Source: Lama guanicoe (Eukaryota). From it: 64,000 bases of DNA. A program made the translations under genes and the position numbers. Location: NCBI GenBank assembly GCA_013239625.1, contig MU056000.1:12041175-12105174 (forward strand). Reading direction: 5' to 3'. Position 1 is the first letter of the stretch. Every line of letters starts with the position of its first letter. Positions 25,691 through 37,949 of this stretch are shown one piece after another. The notes beneath the pieces were generated by a model. It saw only the letters and a list, made by a program, of their open reading frames with translations. It ran no database searches and was not told the DNA's origin.

Positions 25691-26915
25691 TTTTAAGAAC
25701 ATGTCCCTCACTGGTAAATGAGGGAGACCCAGCCCTAAGACTACTGGACTGTTGCCCCATCTAACATCATATACTGTACCCTCCTTGCTTGAGTGCTCGC
25801 TGTAACTTCCTAATAGGTTAGAGAAATATGGAATAAACTCTAGAAACACTGATAGCTAAGATTCCCGTAGTAAAGTTAATTCATATTCAGGGGCCCTGAT
25901 AAGAAACAGCCCATTTCAAGAGAAGACCAAGACTAGCACAGATCTGCAGAAAAACCTCCGGGTTAAAGGCGCTGACCTAGAAAGCGGCAGGCTGTGGATG
26001 TGTCGTCAGGTTCTTTCCTAACTTTAAGGTTAAGAAATCTATGTCCTGTTAACAAGGCCTCCGTTGCTGAAGCTCTGCTTATTCCACTGGGCGTGTGTGT
26101 CATGCTTGTTAGGAGGACACAGTTGCAAACAAAGAAGGCTTTTCTCCGCCCTCCATCAGGCTGGTAACAGATGACAGGGCACACGGCCTTCCATGAAGGC
26201 GCCAGACACTTTCCCTGACTTTAGGAGTGAAGGGCGCTTTTCGAAGAGAAAAACTTGTGGATCAGGGACTTTTCAGCGTATTCTCTCTGCTCTTCACCTA
26301 AAAAGACGACTGTTTTCCACACTGCGTGCACCTTGGGGGCGGGGTGATGGACAGAATCCACCTGTTTGCCGCCTGTTTTCTCATCAGGGAGTAAAGACAG
26401 TAAACCCAACCCTCCAGGGAATGGAAAAACAAATCATTCATTGCCCATCTCAGGCGGCTGATGGAGAAGGCTCAGTCTCCAGCGTGTACCTAAGCTGGTC
26501 CAGATATGCCGGCTCTGGTTGCAAGAACGAATACAAGTTCAAGTGTATTTGGTCCCGCTGGCTTTGGGTGAGCAGGTCAAGACCTGAATGTTTCAGAAAG
26601 CAAAGGCCAAGTGCACTCTGGGCACACCCGTCGGCTCAGGTGCAGGCCAGTCAGCCGGTCACCTAGCCTTCGAGACAAGATACACACACACAGGATGACA
26701 AATGTTTACAGAGAAGTGCATCTGGAGGAAAGTTGAAGTGTGTGTCTACCTGTTGGAGAAAGGTGGCCGAGAAACCGGGCCAGGGCTGAGACCTTCCTCC
26801 GCAGGGTCCGGCGTGCACCCCCCGGACCGCCCCGGCAGCCCCTCTGCCCGCCCCCGGGCGCCCCAAGGTCACCTGTCCTCCCCTCCCGGCATCCCCACCC
26901 ACCCCGAGCTCTCAC

Positions 26916-27232
26916 CAGAACAGCAGGTTGGCCCCGACGAAGGCGAGCAGGCTGCGCAGCGGCCTCTTCCAGCTCAGGAGCTCGTCGGCGCGGCAGCCCA
27001 GCCACAGCACGGGCTCCCCCAGCAGCCAGGTCACCGCGGCGGCCACCCCGCCGGCGGCATCGTCCACCTGCCGGCCTGCACCCGCCGCCGCCGCCGCCGC
27101 CGCCGCGCCTTCCTCCTGCGCTTCCTCCGGCTGCTCCTCAGAGGGAGCCCCGGGCGGCGGCGGCGCCTGCTCCGCGGCTGCGGCAGCCGGGCATCCCTGC
27201 TCGGCGTGCTCCGGGGGCGCCGGGCTCGCCAT
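26916..27232 (-). CDS. RETREG1: Reticulophagy regulator 1 (FAM134B) exon 1, coding part
   Basis: [15 protein letters not shown]...[39 protein letters not shown](W) is the recognisable FAM134B N-terminus. Good Kozak context AAGATGG. Phase-2 donor TG|GTGAG after 26916. Synteny with MYO10. Confidence 0.97.
27083..27106 (-). repeat. RETREG1: Pure (GCG)8 trinucleotide repeat encoding polyalanine in RETREG1 exon 1
   Basis: Plus strand (CGC)8, in frame as [14 protein letters not shown]. Confidence 0.95.
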
Positions 27233-28208
27233 CTTCAGCGGCGCTGGCGGGCGGGGACGGGCGCGGGCACGCGCGCGGGCGCGCCTGGGTATCGGCGGCG
27301 AGAGGGCAGCGGGTCCCGGGGTGGGGGGCGCGGCGCGGGGCGCGGGCAGCCGGGTGCCTTGTGACGTCAGACCCCGCCGCGGCGGGGCGCCTCCCGGGGG
27401 AAGTGGGTGCGGCCAGGTTCGCGCCCGGCGGGGCGGGGCGGGGCGGGCGGCCTCCCCCGCGCCGGAGAGCGGTGGCCTCGCCCGGGACCGAGGGAGCCTG
27501 ACCCCCTTTCCCCTTACAGCTGCGGGGGGCGGCGCAGTAGAGGACCGCCGCCCGCCGGCCCGGTCGCTCATCTAAAAGGGCAGAAGCACTTGGACATCCT
27601 CGCCTCTCGAGCCAGGGCCACGGATCGCCCATCCTGCGGCCTGCAAGGGCGCGGCGGGGCGCCCCTTACTGGCGGCGCGTTTCAGCCCCCGGCGGCACCC
27701 CCCAGGCCCCAGGCCCTTGCAGGGACAGCCTGCACACCCACAGCAGAGGTCTTCAGTGCTCGGGGAATAGCGTGACGATATAATGGTTGGACTGAGAAAG
27801 GAAGACAAAAACATTTGGGGTCAGTGCAGGAACGTCCGGCTCTCTCGTTTTACACGTCAGGAAACGCCAGGCCGCAGCGAGGGGGGCAGGCGCTTCCGCT
27901 CGCCAAGGCGTCTGGCCCCCAAGTGCGCGCTGGTCTGTGGGAGGCGCAGGGGAGCGGGGAGCGGAGAAGCAGACCCCCTTGGGTGTCACGCAGCTTTGAC
28001 CAGCCTTGACTGCAATCACTTCAGAGTCACTGTGGTCTCCGTGTCACAGTGGGCTTCAGGACAGGGTCAGGCGCTGTGAGGTGGGGTGACGGGAAATCCT
28101 GGGACCTGCCACACGGCTTCACTGGCGCTGGTGCTTCTGGGTGAGGGGGTGGGTCGGGGGAGAAGAGGGGCCAAAGCTATGCTCACTTTTCACTATTTGC
28201 ATTTTTTT

Positions 28209-28266
28209 GTATATATATATTTTCTACTGAAGTATAGTCAGCTTACAGTGTTGTGTCAATTTCTGG
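28209..28266 (-). mobile_element. Extremely truncated L1 3' end (58 nt) with a 19-bp TSD
   Basis: CTGAAGTATAGTCAGCTTACAGTGTTGTGTCAATTTCTGG, flanked by TCACTATTTGCATTTTTTT at 28190-28208 and 28267-28285. Confidence 0.85.
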
Positions 28267-30885
28267 TCACTATTTGCATTTTTTTAAATATTATATTCTT
28301 TAATCCCCATTCTTACTTTTCTCTAGAATAAAATGCCCCCCCCTTTTTTTCCCTAGACTGAAATGTCCTTTCCCCTATCCAGAGCCTTCTACCTGTGATG
28401 AATCAGAGCATCTTGTATCCTCTTGGAGTTCACTAGAGCCAACCAACCTCCTTTTACTAGGTGGATGGGGCTCATTCCCAGAGCAATTAAAGCCAGTTAC
28501 TTCCAGGGAGCCTCTGGACAATGTTCTCTAATGTTCAGCTGGGTGGTCCTTATATATGCTTATATCTTGGGGAACATATACATAGAAATTCATTGATCTG
28601 TACCTTGCAGGTGTGTGCACTTTACATGTGTTATACCTCAAGAGAGGATATTCCTGTTCCACTCAAAGGTTTCTTGAGCACCTACTGTGTGCCCCGCACA
28701 TTGCTAAGCTCTGTGGGTGTGGCTTCCACCCACAGAATGCTCACAGTTCAGGGAGGGACCAGTGGTGGCTGTGAAAACTTCTGGGACGGAAACAGTCACT
28801 CAGAGCTAAGCTTCCTTACTTAAATCCTACAAAATTAGGGGCGGAGTGAGGAAGTCAGCTTTCAGGGGTTTGGGGGAGTAGATGGCATCTGCACGAATTG
28901 TAAGGAGGAGGGAAGTTAAGAGGGGGTTGGGAAGAGGAGGCAGTCATTTTTGTCAGGAGGAAGATGACCACAAGGGAGTGAAGTCGTGGACTTGCAGGTG
29001 GAGGGGCACGGTTCCTTATGTATATTTGCAGCACATCACCCAGGCCTCGACTCATCCTCTAGTGGCAGGAAGTTTGGTGTTTGACCTGCAGGCAATGCAG
29101 AGTCTCACATGTCTGACTTGTTTTTGAGGAGAATCATAAGAGCCCACCAGAGTGGCCAGGTAGGCAATGAAAAAACCATGTGGGAAAAATGCAGGTAGTT
29201 TTCCCACAAAAGAAACACTCCCCAGGTGTTCTCCCACCTTGGCCCCAGTGCAGGAGCTTCTGAAAGATAAATGATGCTTTATTGCATAATCTGGCCTTTG
29301 TTTAGCACTGGATACAGCCCAGGGGGTGTGATATTCTGAGACTGGTCACTGGACTCCACAGCTGGAGGGAAGAGTTGCAGGGCAGAGGCCATGAGGACCC
29401 CGACCACCACATTGTCCAAACCAGCATGGCTGTGCTTCCAGAAATGCGCAAGATCCTGCACGGTCCTCCTTCCCCCCAGTTCTGATTATTGTTGTCAGGA
29501 TCTGTTGAAACAGCAAAAGCTGCTGACAACCAGGACACAGAAAAGCTGAATTTCAGTTGCTACGTGTGGTTCACAGTACTTATTATCTCCATTTAATGAC
29601 GAAGCTCCCCACTCACAGCTCTGAGAAATCTTCCTTTCTCTCTCTCTCAAAGTGACTATGGGAAAAAAATGATACACAAGACTGTTTTGCACAAAAAGCT
29701 TGACTAATTGCTCTAGTCGGTCTTTTTCACCTCTGAGCTCTAATAATTACTGACAAATAATGTCACAGGAGTAGACGCTGGCCTAGACACATACATGGGA
29801 GCTACTGGGCGATTTTTCTTTAATTATCTCTGTGGTGCATGAATAATGTATGCAGTGCTAAGGCTATATGAAAATAATGCTAAGCAAGCTGAAGAGAAAC
29901 CTTGTCCCCTGGTTTTCAGCAACATGTCACATTTAAAACTCCCGTGGATAATCTTACCAGTTAAGATTCTCTTCTGAACTTTGCATCTCCATATCTTGGG
30001 AACAGAGTGCTTAACACTAATGAGCTAGATGATTTGAAAATACTGATCTGAGGAACACAAGAAAACTAGAAATGTGTCAGAGGACAAAAAGAGAAAACAG
30101 TTGCCCCCGCTGAATCTAAGTGACAGTTTGGAAAAATCTCAGACAAAGAAAGCCAAAATACACAGAGGGACTCTTAAAAGAGGCCACACACCTTTCTCTT
30201 CTGAAAGTAGCTAGAAAGCTTGTAATAGGAGAGAAAAACAATGAATAATTAAGCCCTACTCCAGGAGGTCACATAGGCGACACTAAGCTAAGCCTTAGAA
30301 TGAGAGGGAAATGCCTATTTTTTTCCCTAAAGTGTCTCATGTTAGACTCCTCCAGGAGGTCCTGAAGGGAAGAAGCACCCGTCCACGTTGTATTGTATTC
30401 GTCCTGCAGATAATCATTGTGAAAGCTCTTCCGTCCTCCTACCTTATTATACCTTCTAGTCTGTGTTCTTATCTTTTCCGAATTTTTTGGTCACTGAGCC
30501 AAGATTGCCTAGAGAGTTCACTCTAAGCAGAGAGAAATAGGACCGTCCCACCACAACAGCAGTGACAGAAGACGTGGAGAGGAAGATGATGGCCAGTGCC
30601 CGAGGCCCAGCTCACAGAAGGAACTGGCTGTTTCTGTTTTGGGCTGACTGTCTGTTGTGCTTATAAGAACTGGAATATCCGAACCAGAATAGTCTGTGTT
30701 TCCCAAGCCTCCTGTAAGGGAGGGGCCTACCAGAGACGAGCACCCAGGTGGTGGTCAGCCACCCACAGGTTTAGGTATCAGACTGGTAAGAATACATAAA
30801 AGAGCTTTTTTAAATCTTCAGGATGTTTCAGAGAACGGAGGTCACACCACAACAAGAGTATATCCTACCCACAGCCACACACATC

Positions 30886-30886
<1 letters not shown>

Positions 30887-30922
<36 letters not shown>
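30887..30922. repeat. (AC)18 microsatellite
   Basis: Uninterrupted AC repeat read directly. Confidence 0.95.
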
Positions 30923-30926
<4 letters not shown>

Positions 30927-33900
30927 GTCATCAGCAAGGATGATTTCAGGACATCAACTGCCAACCCCTTCCCACCGGGCTAGCAGCTACACCGCACTCA
31001 GCGGATTAGCCACCGTTCTGGTCTTGTCAGGGGAGGTCACCGAGAGGACGTGACCTCAGATTGACCTTCAGGCTGGACCAGGCAATCAGAGGATCCCTGC
31101 CCCCTCCCCTGTCCTTGGAATGTATCTTCCGCCCACCGTTCCCACAGTGGGAGCTGTTCCGAAGGACGCAGCCGTGAAAGAGCTGTGTGTGGATGAGACC
31201 ACTGGGATGGACTATGTGACTGAACCCGGTACCGTCTCCATATAAACTCTTTTAAGAGTCTGGCGGGCGGGCTCAGCAATCTCCTGCCTCCTCCAATGTG
31301 CCCCTGAGGAGCCTGAGCTTTGGGGCCCAAGGTGGCTTTCAGCAGGAGAGTGAAGCGGCCTGGTTTGTGTTTCAGAAAGTGCCCCTGGGTAATGGATTCC
31401 ACAGAGCCTGGCAGAGACCCTGGAAGAGACGTTTTCCTTGACATTCACTAAGACCAGGGAGAGGAGGAGGAGCAGGCTCAAGACATCTTTGGAAATGCCA
31501 GGTAGGCAGGTGGGCACTGGGGTCTGCAGCTCAGACAGCAGCAAGGTTCCTGGACCAGAGCCGGATCCAGGCGGAGGAAGGGGCCTGTACGAGAGCACGG
31601 CAGAGGCCGAGGCCGAGTTGAGTTCAGAGGCACTGGCCAGATCATTTTGACTGCGTGGAGCAGAGAATGGGATGAGGCTTTTGGAGAAACAGACCAGACA
31701 GAGGGAAGTTTTGAGTATCACTTGCCAAGTTTAGACACAATTCTGTAAGCAACGGATAATTCCTGAAATTTATCAGTTTCTCTTCTATTGCTGTTTGTTT
31801 ATTCATTTGTTTTATACCAAGGAGGGGATAGACTCAAAATTTCAGTCTCCGGAGATCCCAGGAATTCCAGCTGGACTTGCATCGTCGAAGCAGGACAGTG
31901 ATGTGATCATCTCTAAATCCAGGTCTCCGAATCAGGCCTTCAGTCCCGAAGGGTATTCTCTAAGCTAAAGTTAGAATTGTGGGACGCAACGAAATCAGCA
32001 CGAGAGTTACATCCCTCAGACACCCCTTTAAAGTTTGTATTTGGCTTGTCACCTGTTACTAATTTTAGTTCATTAGAAATTAGGCACAAAGCCTGGTGAG
32101 TTTTTAGGCTGGGAGGGTGGCCCCAGGCCCTGCTAAGAACATGCAGTCAGGCTGTGTCACAGGCGTCCTCTTAGACCCATGCATGAATGGCATGCTCATG
32201 AGGACCCTTAAGCTTTATAAGACTCAAGTGCCTTGTGAGCCATCAAAGGGATTTGGAGATCATAGTTAACACAGTTCCCTGTACAGCACATTTGCTTGTA
32301 GTCCAATCCATTGAAAACTGATGGCTTCTCTCTACCCACCTGTGCTCTCATTCCTACCCCACCCCTGCCCTAAGCCAGGTACCCCCCAAAATGGCTCTGA
32401 GAGCCTCCTCTGGGTGGTGAACAAGGGCCTGGCCGGGACTGAACGCCTTTCTCCTTTCTCCAGGCAGAAGATGCGTTTGAACTCAGGGTCCCACAGGCTC
32501 AGTGGCCTTCACTTCCAGCTGCCCAGTGGGCCTCAGACTCCCCAAGTGCAGCTGGATTTCCCAAACTCTCCCAACTGCTGGCGTCCAAAGTACCTACAGG
32601 CCATTTTCCCTCCCACTGATGAGGTTGTTCTTGCTCCTGCCCTCTGAGGAAGGGAGGGGGCAGAGTTGGAGGGTAAAGCCTCCTTCTCCAGGCATGTCCA
32701 CCCCAGTGGGTTCCAGAGAGCGCCCTGTCTCTGATGACAGTCTTTATAAATTAAGCTGCTTTCTTAACCTGTACTGTGTAGGACTGATTCCTCTGAAGCC
32801 CTGTTGGGGAGGACAGGTGGAGATGACAAAGAGAACCTCCCAGAACAAGAAGTCGCGTTTACAACGGCCCTGTCAACCACAGTGACCCCCAAGGCAAGAA
32901 GCGCTGGAGTAAGTTTGCTTTCCAGTCTCTCCTCCCTGTTCCCTGCCTGGAGTAACCATATGGCAGATTTGCCCACAACAGGCCTGCTCTATGCCTGCTG
33001 TCTGACGTGGTTATTAATAGCACTTCGCTTTCTTTCTCAAGGGTGTCCGGGTTTGGATGATAAATTATATATACTCCCCTCCCATCTCCAGTCTGTGAGC
33101 AACGGCTGAGAACCTTTCCCCTTAAATGCTCCCATGCCCATTTGTTCTCTGGTCTCAGGGCCACCTTCCCTGTCCAAGTGTCATCCGTTAGTGCGTGTCT
33201 GACTCAGTAACCCTGTACTGCCTTCTCTTCTAATCCACACTGTATACGCCTCTAAAACGCCGCTTTCTACGTGGAACACCCACCGAGATGCTTCCAGCGA
33301 TGCCCAGTTACCTACAACCGCCAAACCGAAATCATCATAAGCCACCTTTTAAAGTCCTGGTTCACCTCTTCCTTTATTTCTTTTTAGGCAGATGAGCTGC
33401 TGCCTAATCTGAACACTCAGCTGTAGTCGGATTAATGAGCTCTTCACGGAGTCCACACTCCAAGCAGACCCTCGCATACATGCCTTTGCTCCCACTGTAA
33501 AAACTTTTCCTGTCTTCTCAAACGCTGGCTCTCCTATCTGCTGCTCAGCCGGCTCCTTCTCCATCAACCCTTCCTCAAGTGCAGGGAGCATGGCTTTCAC
33601 AGCCATGAAGATCTGAATTTGATGGTAGATTCCAGTGTCCAGGCACTAACCACTGTGTTTCGTTGATCCTAAGACACACATGGGTTTTTTTTCCCCCAAC
33701 ATTTTAACATACCTGGGAATGAAATGTACCTTGAAATCCATGGCATCTTAAAGTCAATAGAATATAGTAGCTCTCTGGCTTTGTGTTATAACGGAGACTC
33801 TCTGAGACCTTGTTTCCTCACCTTTTAAAACAGGAATAATGTCTGAGTCTCAAGACTGCTGTGGGAATTCCTTGAGATAACTATACTCGAGACCCAGGGG

Positions 33901-34629
33901 GAAATACGTCCATGGGAATCTGGGTTCTGTGCCCAGCCATTTTGTAATCACTGCCCAGAATGTCACGGGAAGACATCTACCATGTGGAAAATTTGTTGCA
34001 ACAGATACCGAAGTTTGTGTACTAATGGAATTTCGCAGAATCCTCTGCACTGTGCAGAGTCAGAGAAACCAGCCTCACCCGCAGGGGAAGCTTAACCACA
34101 GCGCTCCACTGAGAACTCTGTTTAGGGGAAATCAAGGGAACATTTCTCCAGGGGTGATGGGTCAAGCAGCTTTTAGTTGGAAACATGTCATCTTTGTGAA
34201 GAAAACTATAAAAGCAACTTTGTCCTCAATTTATTCCTAAGGAGAAAATCTTCAAAAGCTGATTTTATGTTAAAAAAAATCCACAGGTAGGGAAGTATTG
34301 GATTCCAGGTGGATGTCTTGATATTGTTCATTTGGATAATTGCCCTCCCTTGTGAGAGGTCCTCTCCTTTCTGTATAAAAGTTTGCCCACTGTAAGAAGC
34401 CTGGCAGCCGGCCACCCTGGGACACTGGCATAGGTTCCTCTGCGTCCTTTGGCCGCCACATCAGGTGAGAAGCCCAGCCTTCATGGAAGATCCCCAAACC
34501 CGGACCATCAGGGGTTGTGGTGCAGGATCTGAGTTGGAGTCGTCAGCAGGTATGAGGATGTGATCTGATATTCCAGCTCTGCCCACAGAAAGAACCTGAA
34601 TCAATGATACCCCAGGCAGTGAGCTCACC

Positions 34630-35950
34630 TAGGGACCGGGTGTTGGTTTCTAACTTTCCTACCAAAGAGACCCAGGGCCTCTAAGAGAGCTGGCTGGTAC
34701 TAGGTCTGAGTTAGGAACGTGTTACGTACCAGAAAGCAAAGACATGTTCAAAGGCAATTTAATAGTTCATATAAAAAGGACAGAGAAGGCATCCTAGCAA
34801 CCAAATCTGGGAAACTTTGAAGCTGAAAAAGAATAATCCTGGCAAATGATGATAACATTGAATTTTTAAAAAATCATGACTTGGGGGAGGGTATAGCTCA
34901 AGTGGTAGAGCACATGCTTAACATACACAAGGTCCTGGGTTCAATTCCCAGCACCTCTTCTAAAAATAAAACAAATAAGTAAACCTAATTACCCCCCCCA
35001 AAAAAAACCCCAAAACAAAACAGAACATAAACAATCATGACTCCATAATGATTCAAAAGAGAGAGAGGAAATGCTCTGCTTTACAAAAGACGATAAGCAA
35101 ATACGTGTAGACTATAGATTTAGAAAAGCACCCTTTAGTTAACTCTCAATGGAATAGTCCATTCAGGCAATGATCATCAATCAGTAATACAAACCACTCA
35201 GTAAAAAAGAGAGTGTATACACAATCTCAACAAAGGTGAGATTGTTTTTAACCACAAAGGTGAAAGTGTGTCTTTGCACAGGAGAGGTCTGCCAGCCTCC
35301 ACCTTATCTGCACCTCATCATACTCGGTATTGCCCGTGATGAGACAATCTGACCTTAGGAGCCCAGGATCTCCTGCTGTGGGAGGGACACAACAAAACTT
35401 GTGGGAAATATTTGATCTGAATCACAGGCTGATAAAACAGTCAGAGGAATCTGGAATGTAAGACTTTTGCAGGTCAACTGGCTTGGATCGTCGAAGTGAT
35501 ACCAAGAACAGAGGAAGAGCTGGAGGAGAATAAAAAGATAAAACAGCCAAGTCAGTGTGTGAGACTTGATTGGATTCTGGGTCAAAAAAATAGCTACCAA
35601 GGACATTTGGAGGGAAGAGTAGGGAAATTTGAGTCCAGACTGTATACTAGATAGTTTTATTGAATTAGTTGTGCTTTTCTCAGGTGTGATAATGGTGTTA
35701 TGTTTGTGAAAGAAAGTATCTTCCTTCTAAGTGGTGCAAGATGCAACATCTAGGGAGGGGAAATGCCAGGACGGCAGCCGTCTGATTTCAGCCAAAAGGA
35801 AGTGTGTGTGTATATACAGATATATAAATACAGAGAGAGAGGAAATGGGTGTGGCAAGATGTCGGTGAATCTACGTGGGGGTGTCTGGGTGTTCACTGTA
35901 TTGTTCTTTCAGCTTTTCTGTGGGTTTGAAAAATTTCAAAACCAAAAAAA
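34630..35950 (+). mobile_element. Old L1MC/MD-like 3' region interrupted by a SINE
   Basis: CAAAGAGACCCAGGGCC, AGCAACCAAATCTGGGA, GGATTCTGGGTCAAAAAAA and GTTCACTGTATTGTTCTTTCAGCTTTTCTGTGGGTTTGAAAAATTTCAAA. Confidence 0.6.
34883..35032 (+). mobile_element. tRNA-Ala-derived SINE (camelid vic-1 type)
   Basis: GGGGGAGGGTATAGCTCAAGTGGTAGAGCAC...GGTCCTGGGTTCAATTCCCAG (A and B boxes), tail AATAAGTAAACCTAATTACC. TSD AATCATGACT at 34872-34881 and 35033-35042. Confidence 0.9.
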
Positions 35951-36699
35951 AATGTTTTTTAGAAGACTGTATGAGAGAATAGGAAATAGAGACAATTTTC
36001 ATAATTTTTTTTTAAACACAGATCCCTTCTATTTCCTCTTGCTCAAGACTGTGACCTTTGGTGATTTCTCCTTTCCAAGAAGTCTTGCTTGACTTAAAAT
36101 CATTGTGACAACACAGCATGGGAATCTGACGATGTCGGAAATGTCATAGCAACAGGACATGAGGTATTTCTATTTTCTCCAGAGAACTGTAGCTTGTCTC
36201 TCAGATTTAGTCGTCTTCTATCGAACATCAGCTATGTACAAGATCCTATGAGATGTACCCAAAGTGATACAAAGATGAAGGTTCTGCCTTGAAGAGCTAA
36301 CACATAAACAGGGACTCATCGTGTGTTGAGTGGTTATTATGAGCTCAACAAAAGACTAGGATTAGGGACCTAATTATGAATAAGACACAGTCCCTGCCAT
36401 CAAAGGGCCCCTTGTCTTTTGAGAAGTACAGACACATACATTAATGTCAATACAATGAGACAAGATTTATGAAAAGATCTTTATCCTTGTCTAAAAATTA
36501 GGACCAAACATCCAGGGACAGCCTCAGAACAAAGAGTACCTCTGAGCTAGGACTTGAAGAGGAGGTCAGGAAGTTTTCAAGACACATGGGTAGGCATTCC
36601 AGGCAGATGGAACAAAATACACGAAAGCATGAAGTATGAGGTGAGCAGACATGTTTGGGGATCACAAGTAGTCAAATGCAGCTAGAATTTGGGGTATTT

Positions 36700-36870
36700 A
36701 CAAAGGCCCACCCAAATTATGGAGGGTACTCTGTTCTACTCAAAGTCTACTGACTTAAATGTGAATCACCTCTGAAAAATAACCACACAGCAGCATCCAG
36801 ACTGGTGTTTGACCAAACAACTGGGTGCCACAGTCTGGCCAAGTTGATGCATAAAATTAATCATCGTCAC
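36700..36870. mobile_element. MLT2-like (ERVL) LTR fragment
   Basis: CTCAAAGTCTACTGACTTAAATGT...CTGGTGTTTGACCAAACAACTGGG...GCCAAGTTGATGCATAAAATTAA matches the recalled MLT2 terminus. Confidence 0.7.
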
Positions 36871-37239
36871 AGCCCCTTCAAAGATTGGTTATATTTTTGT
36901 GCCATTACTAAAACATGGAATATAGGAGAAAGGTTGGGGACCAATTTGGGATGAAGAAAATGTTAAATTTCGGTTGGTCAAGTTGAGTGATCAGCTGCAA
37001 AAGACCCTTGGGGACAGAGCTTTCTAATGGGCCAAATTAGAGACTTTAGTGGAAGCCGCAGGACCAGTTGAGACTCATGAGAGACTGTTCATTTATTCAA
37101 CAACAAATGTCTTCTGGGTGCCTCAGTGGGCCATGATGTATCCAAGGTGAAGTTCCTATTCTCACAGAGCTTAAATTTTAGCAGGGTTGGCAGGCAATGA
37201 GCAAATATTCAGGTAGAAATATAATTTCAAATAGTGATA

Positions 37240-37695
37240 TGTATAATTTACTGCTGCATAACAAACCATCCCCAAACTCGGTGTCTGAAAACAACTTTTA
37301 TTTGCTCACGATTCCATGGGTTGGCAGTTAGGGAGAGCCCAGCGGGAGTGGCATGTCTCAGACCCATGCTATGGTGTTGCTGGGTTCACATAGGCATTTG
37401 CCACCAACTGGCAAATGCTGGATGGCAGCTGGCTGGGGCTGTCAGCTGATGTCATCAGTTGTCCCTGGGGTGACCTCTCCAGCAGGCTAGTTCAGGCTCA
37501 TCGCTTGGCAGCTAGGGTTCCATGAAGGCAAATCCCACAATGTGCAAGCACTTAGCAGGCCTCTGCTTGGATCCATTCTTTTCTAACGTCCCCATAACCA
37601 AGACAAATCATGTGGCTAAATCTAAAGTCGTCACGAGAGGGGACAACAGAGAAGCATGGAATTCATTAGGGATGGATTATCAGCGTAACAATCCA
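37240..37695 (-). mobile_element. MLT1 (ERVL-MaLR) solo LTR
   Basis: TGCTGCATAACAAACCATCCCCAAACT...TTTATTTGCTCACGATTC...AAATCATGTGGCTAAA. Confidence 0.65.
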
Positions 37696-37763
37696 ACATG
37701 TGCTAAGTGCAATGAAGAAAATCACAGCAGGGTAAAGAGAATTAATTTAGAAGAGAGGGCTTT

Positions 37764-37949
37764 GATAAACAACAAGGACCTACTGTGTAGCACAGGGAAC
37801 TATATTCAATTTCTTGTAATAACATGTAATGGAAAAGAATCTGAAATATATATATGCATGTGTATAACTGGATTGCTTTGCTATACACCTGAAACTAACA
37901 TTGCAAATCAACTACACTTCAATAAAAAATAAAGTTAAATTGTAAAAAA
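37764..37949 (+). mobile_element. Truncated L1 3' UTR
   Basis: GATAAACAACAAGGACCTACTGTGTAGCACAGGGAACTATATTCAAT...CTTCAATAAAAAA. Imperfect TSD AGAGAGGGCTTT / AGAGGGGGCTTT. Confidence 0.85.

Larger units (their letters stand above)
1..26915 (-). other. RETREG1: RETREG1 intron 1 (continues beyond the window start)
   Basis: Follows the exon 1 donor. No downstream RETREG1 coding exon was recognised in the window. Confidence 0.75.
26780..27980. promoter_or_regulatory. RETREG1: CpG island and RETREG1 promoter
   Basis: Very GC- and CpG-rich stretch spanning exon 1. Palindromic CRE TGACGTCA at 27362-27369, ETS-like GGAAGT at ~27399-27404, tandem GGGCGG Sp1 boxes at ~27429-27450, no TATA box. Confidence 0.9.

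Noticed and set aside
27233..27571. 113-codon in-frame extension upstream of the RETREG1 ATG (ORF 26912-27571)
   Set aside because: It runs through the promoter motifs (CRE, GC boxes), so the upstream ATG is probably 5' of the TSS. Extreme GC content explains the lack of stops, and the downstream ATG matches the known N-terminus.
26702..27775. Long plus-strand and alternative-frame ORFs over the CpG island (220, 253, 215, 164 aa)
   Set aside because: Arg/Pro/Gly/Ala-rich products typical of GC-rich, stop-poor sequence; no recognisable protein.
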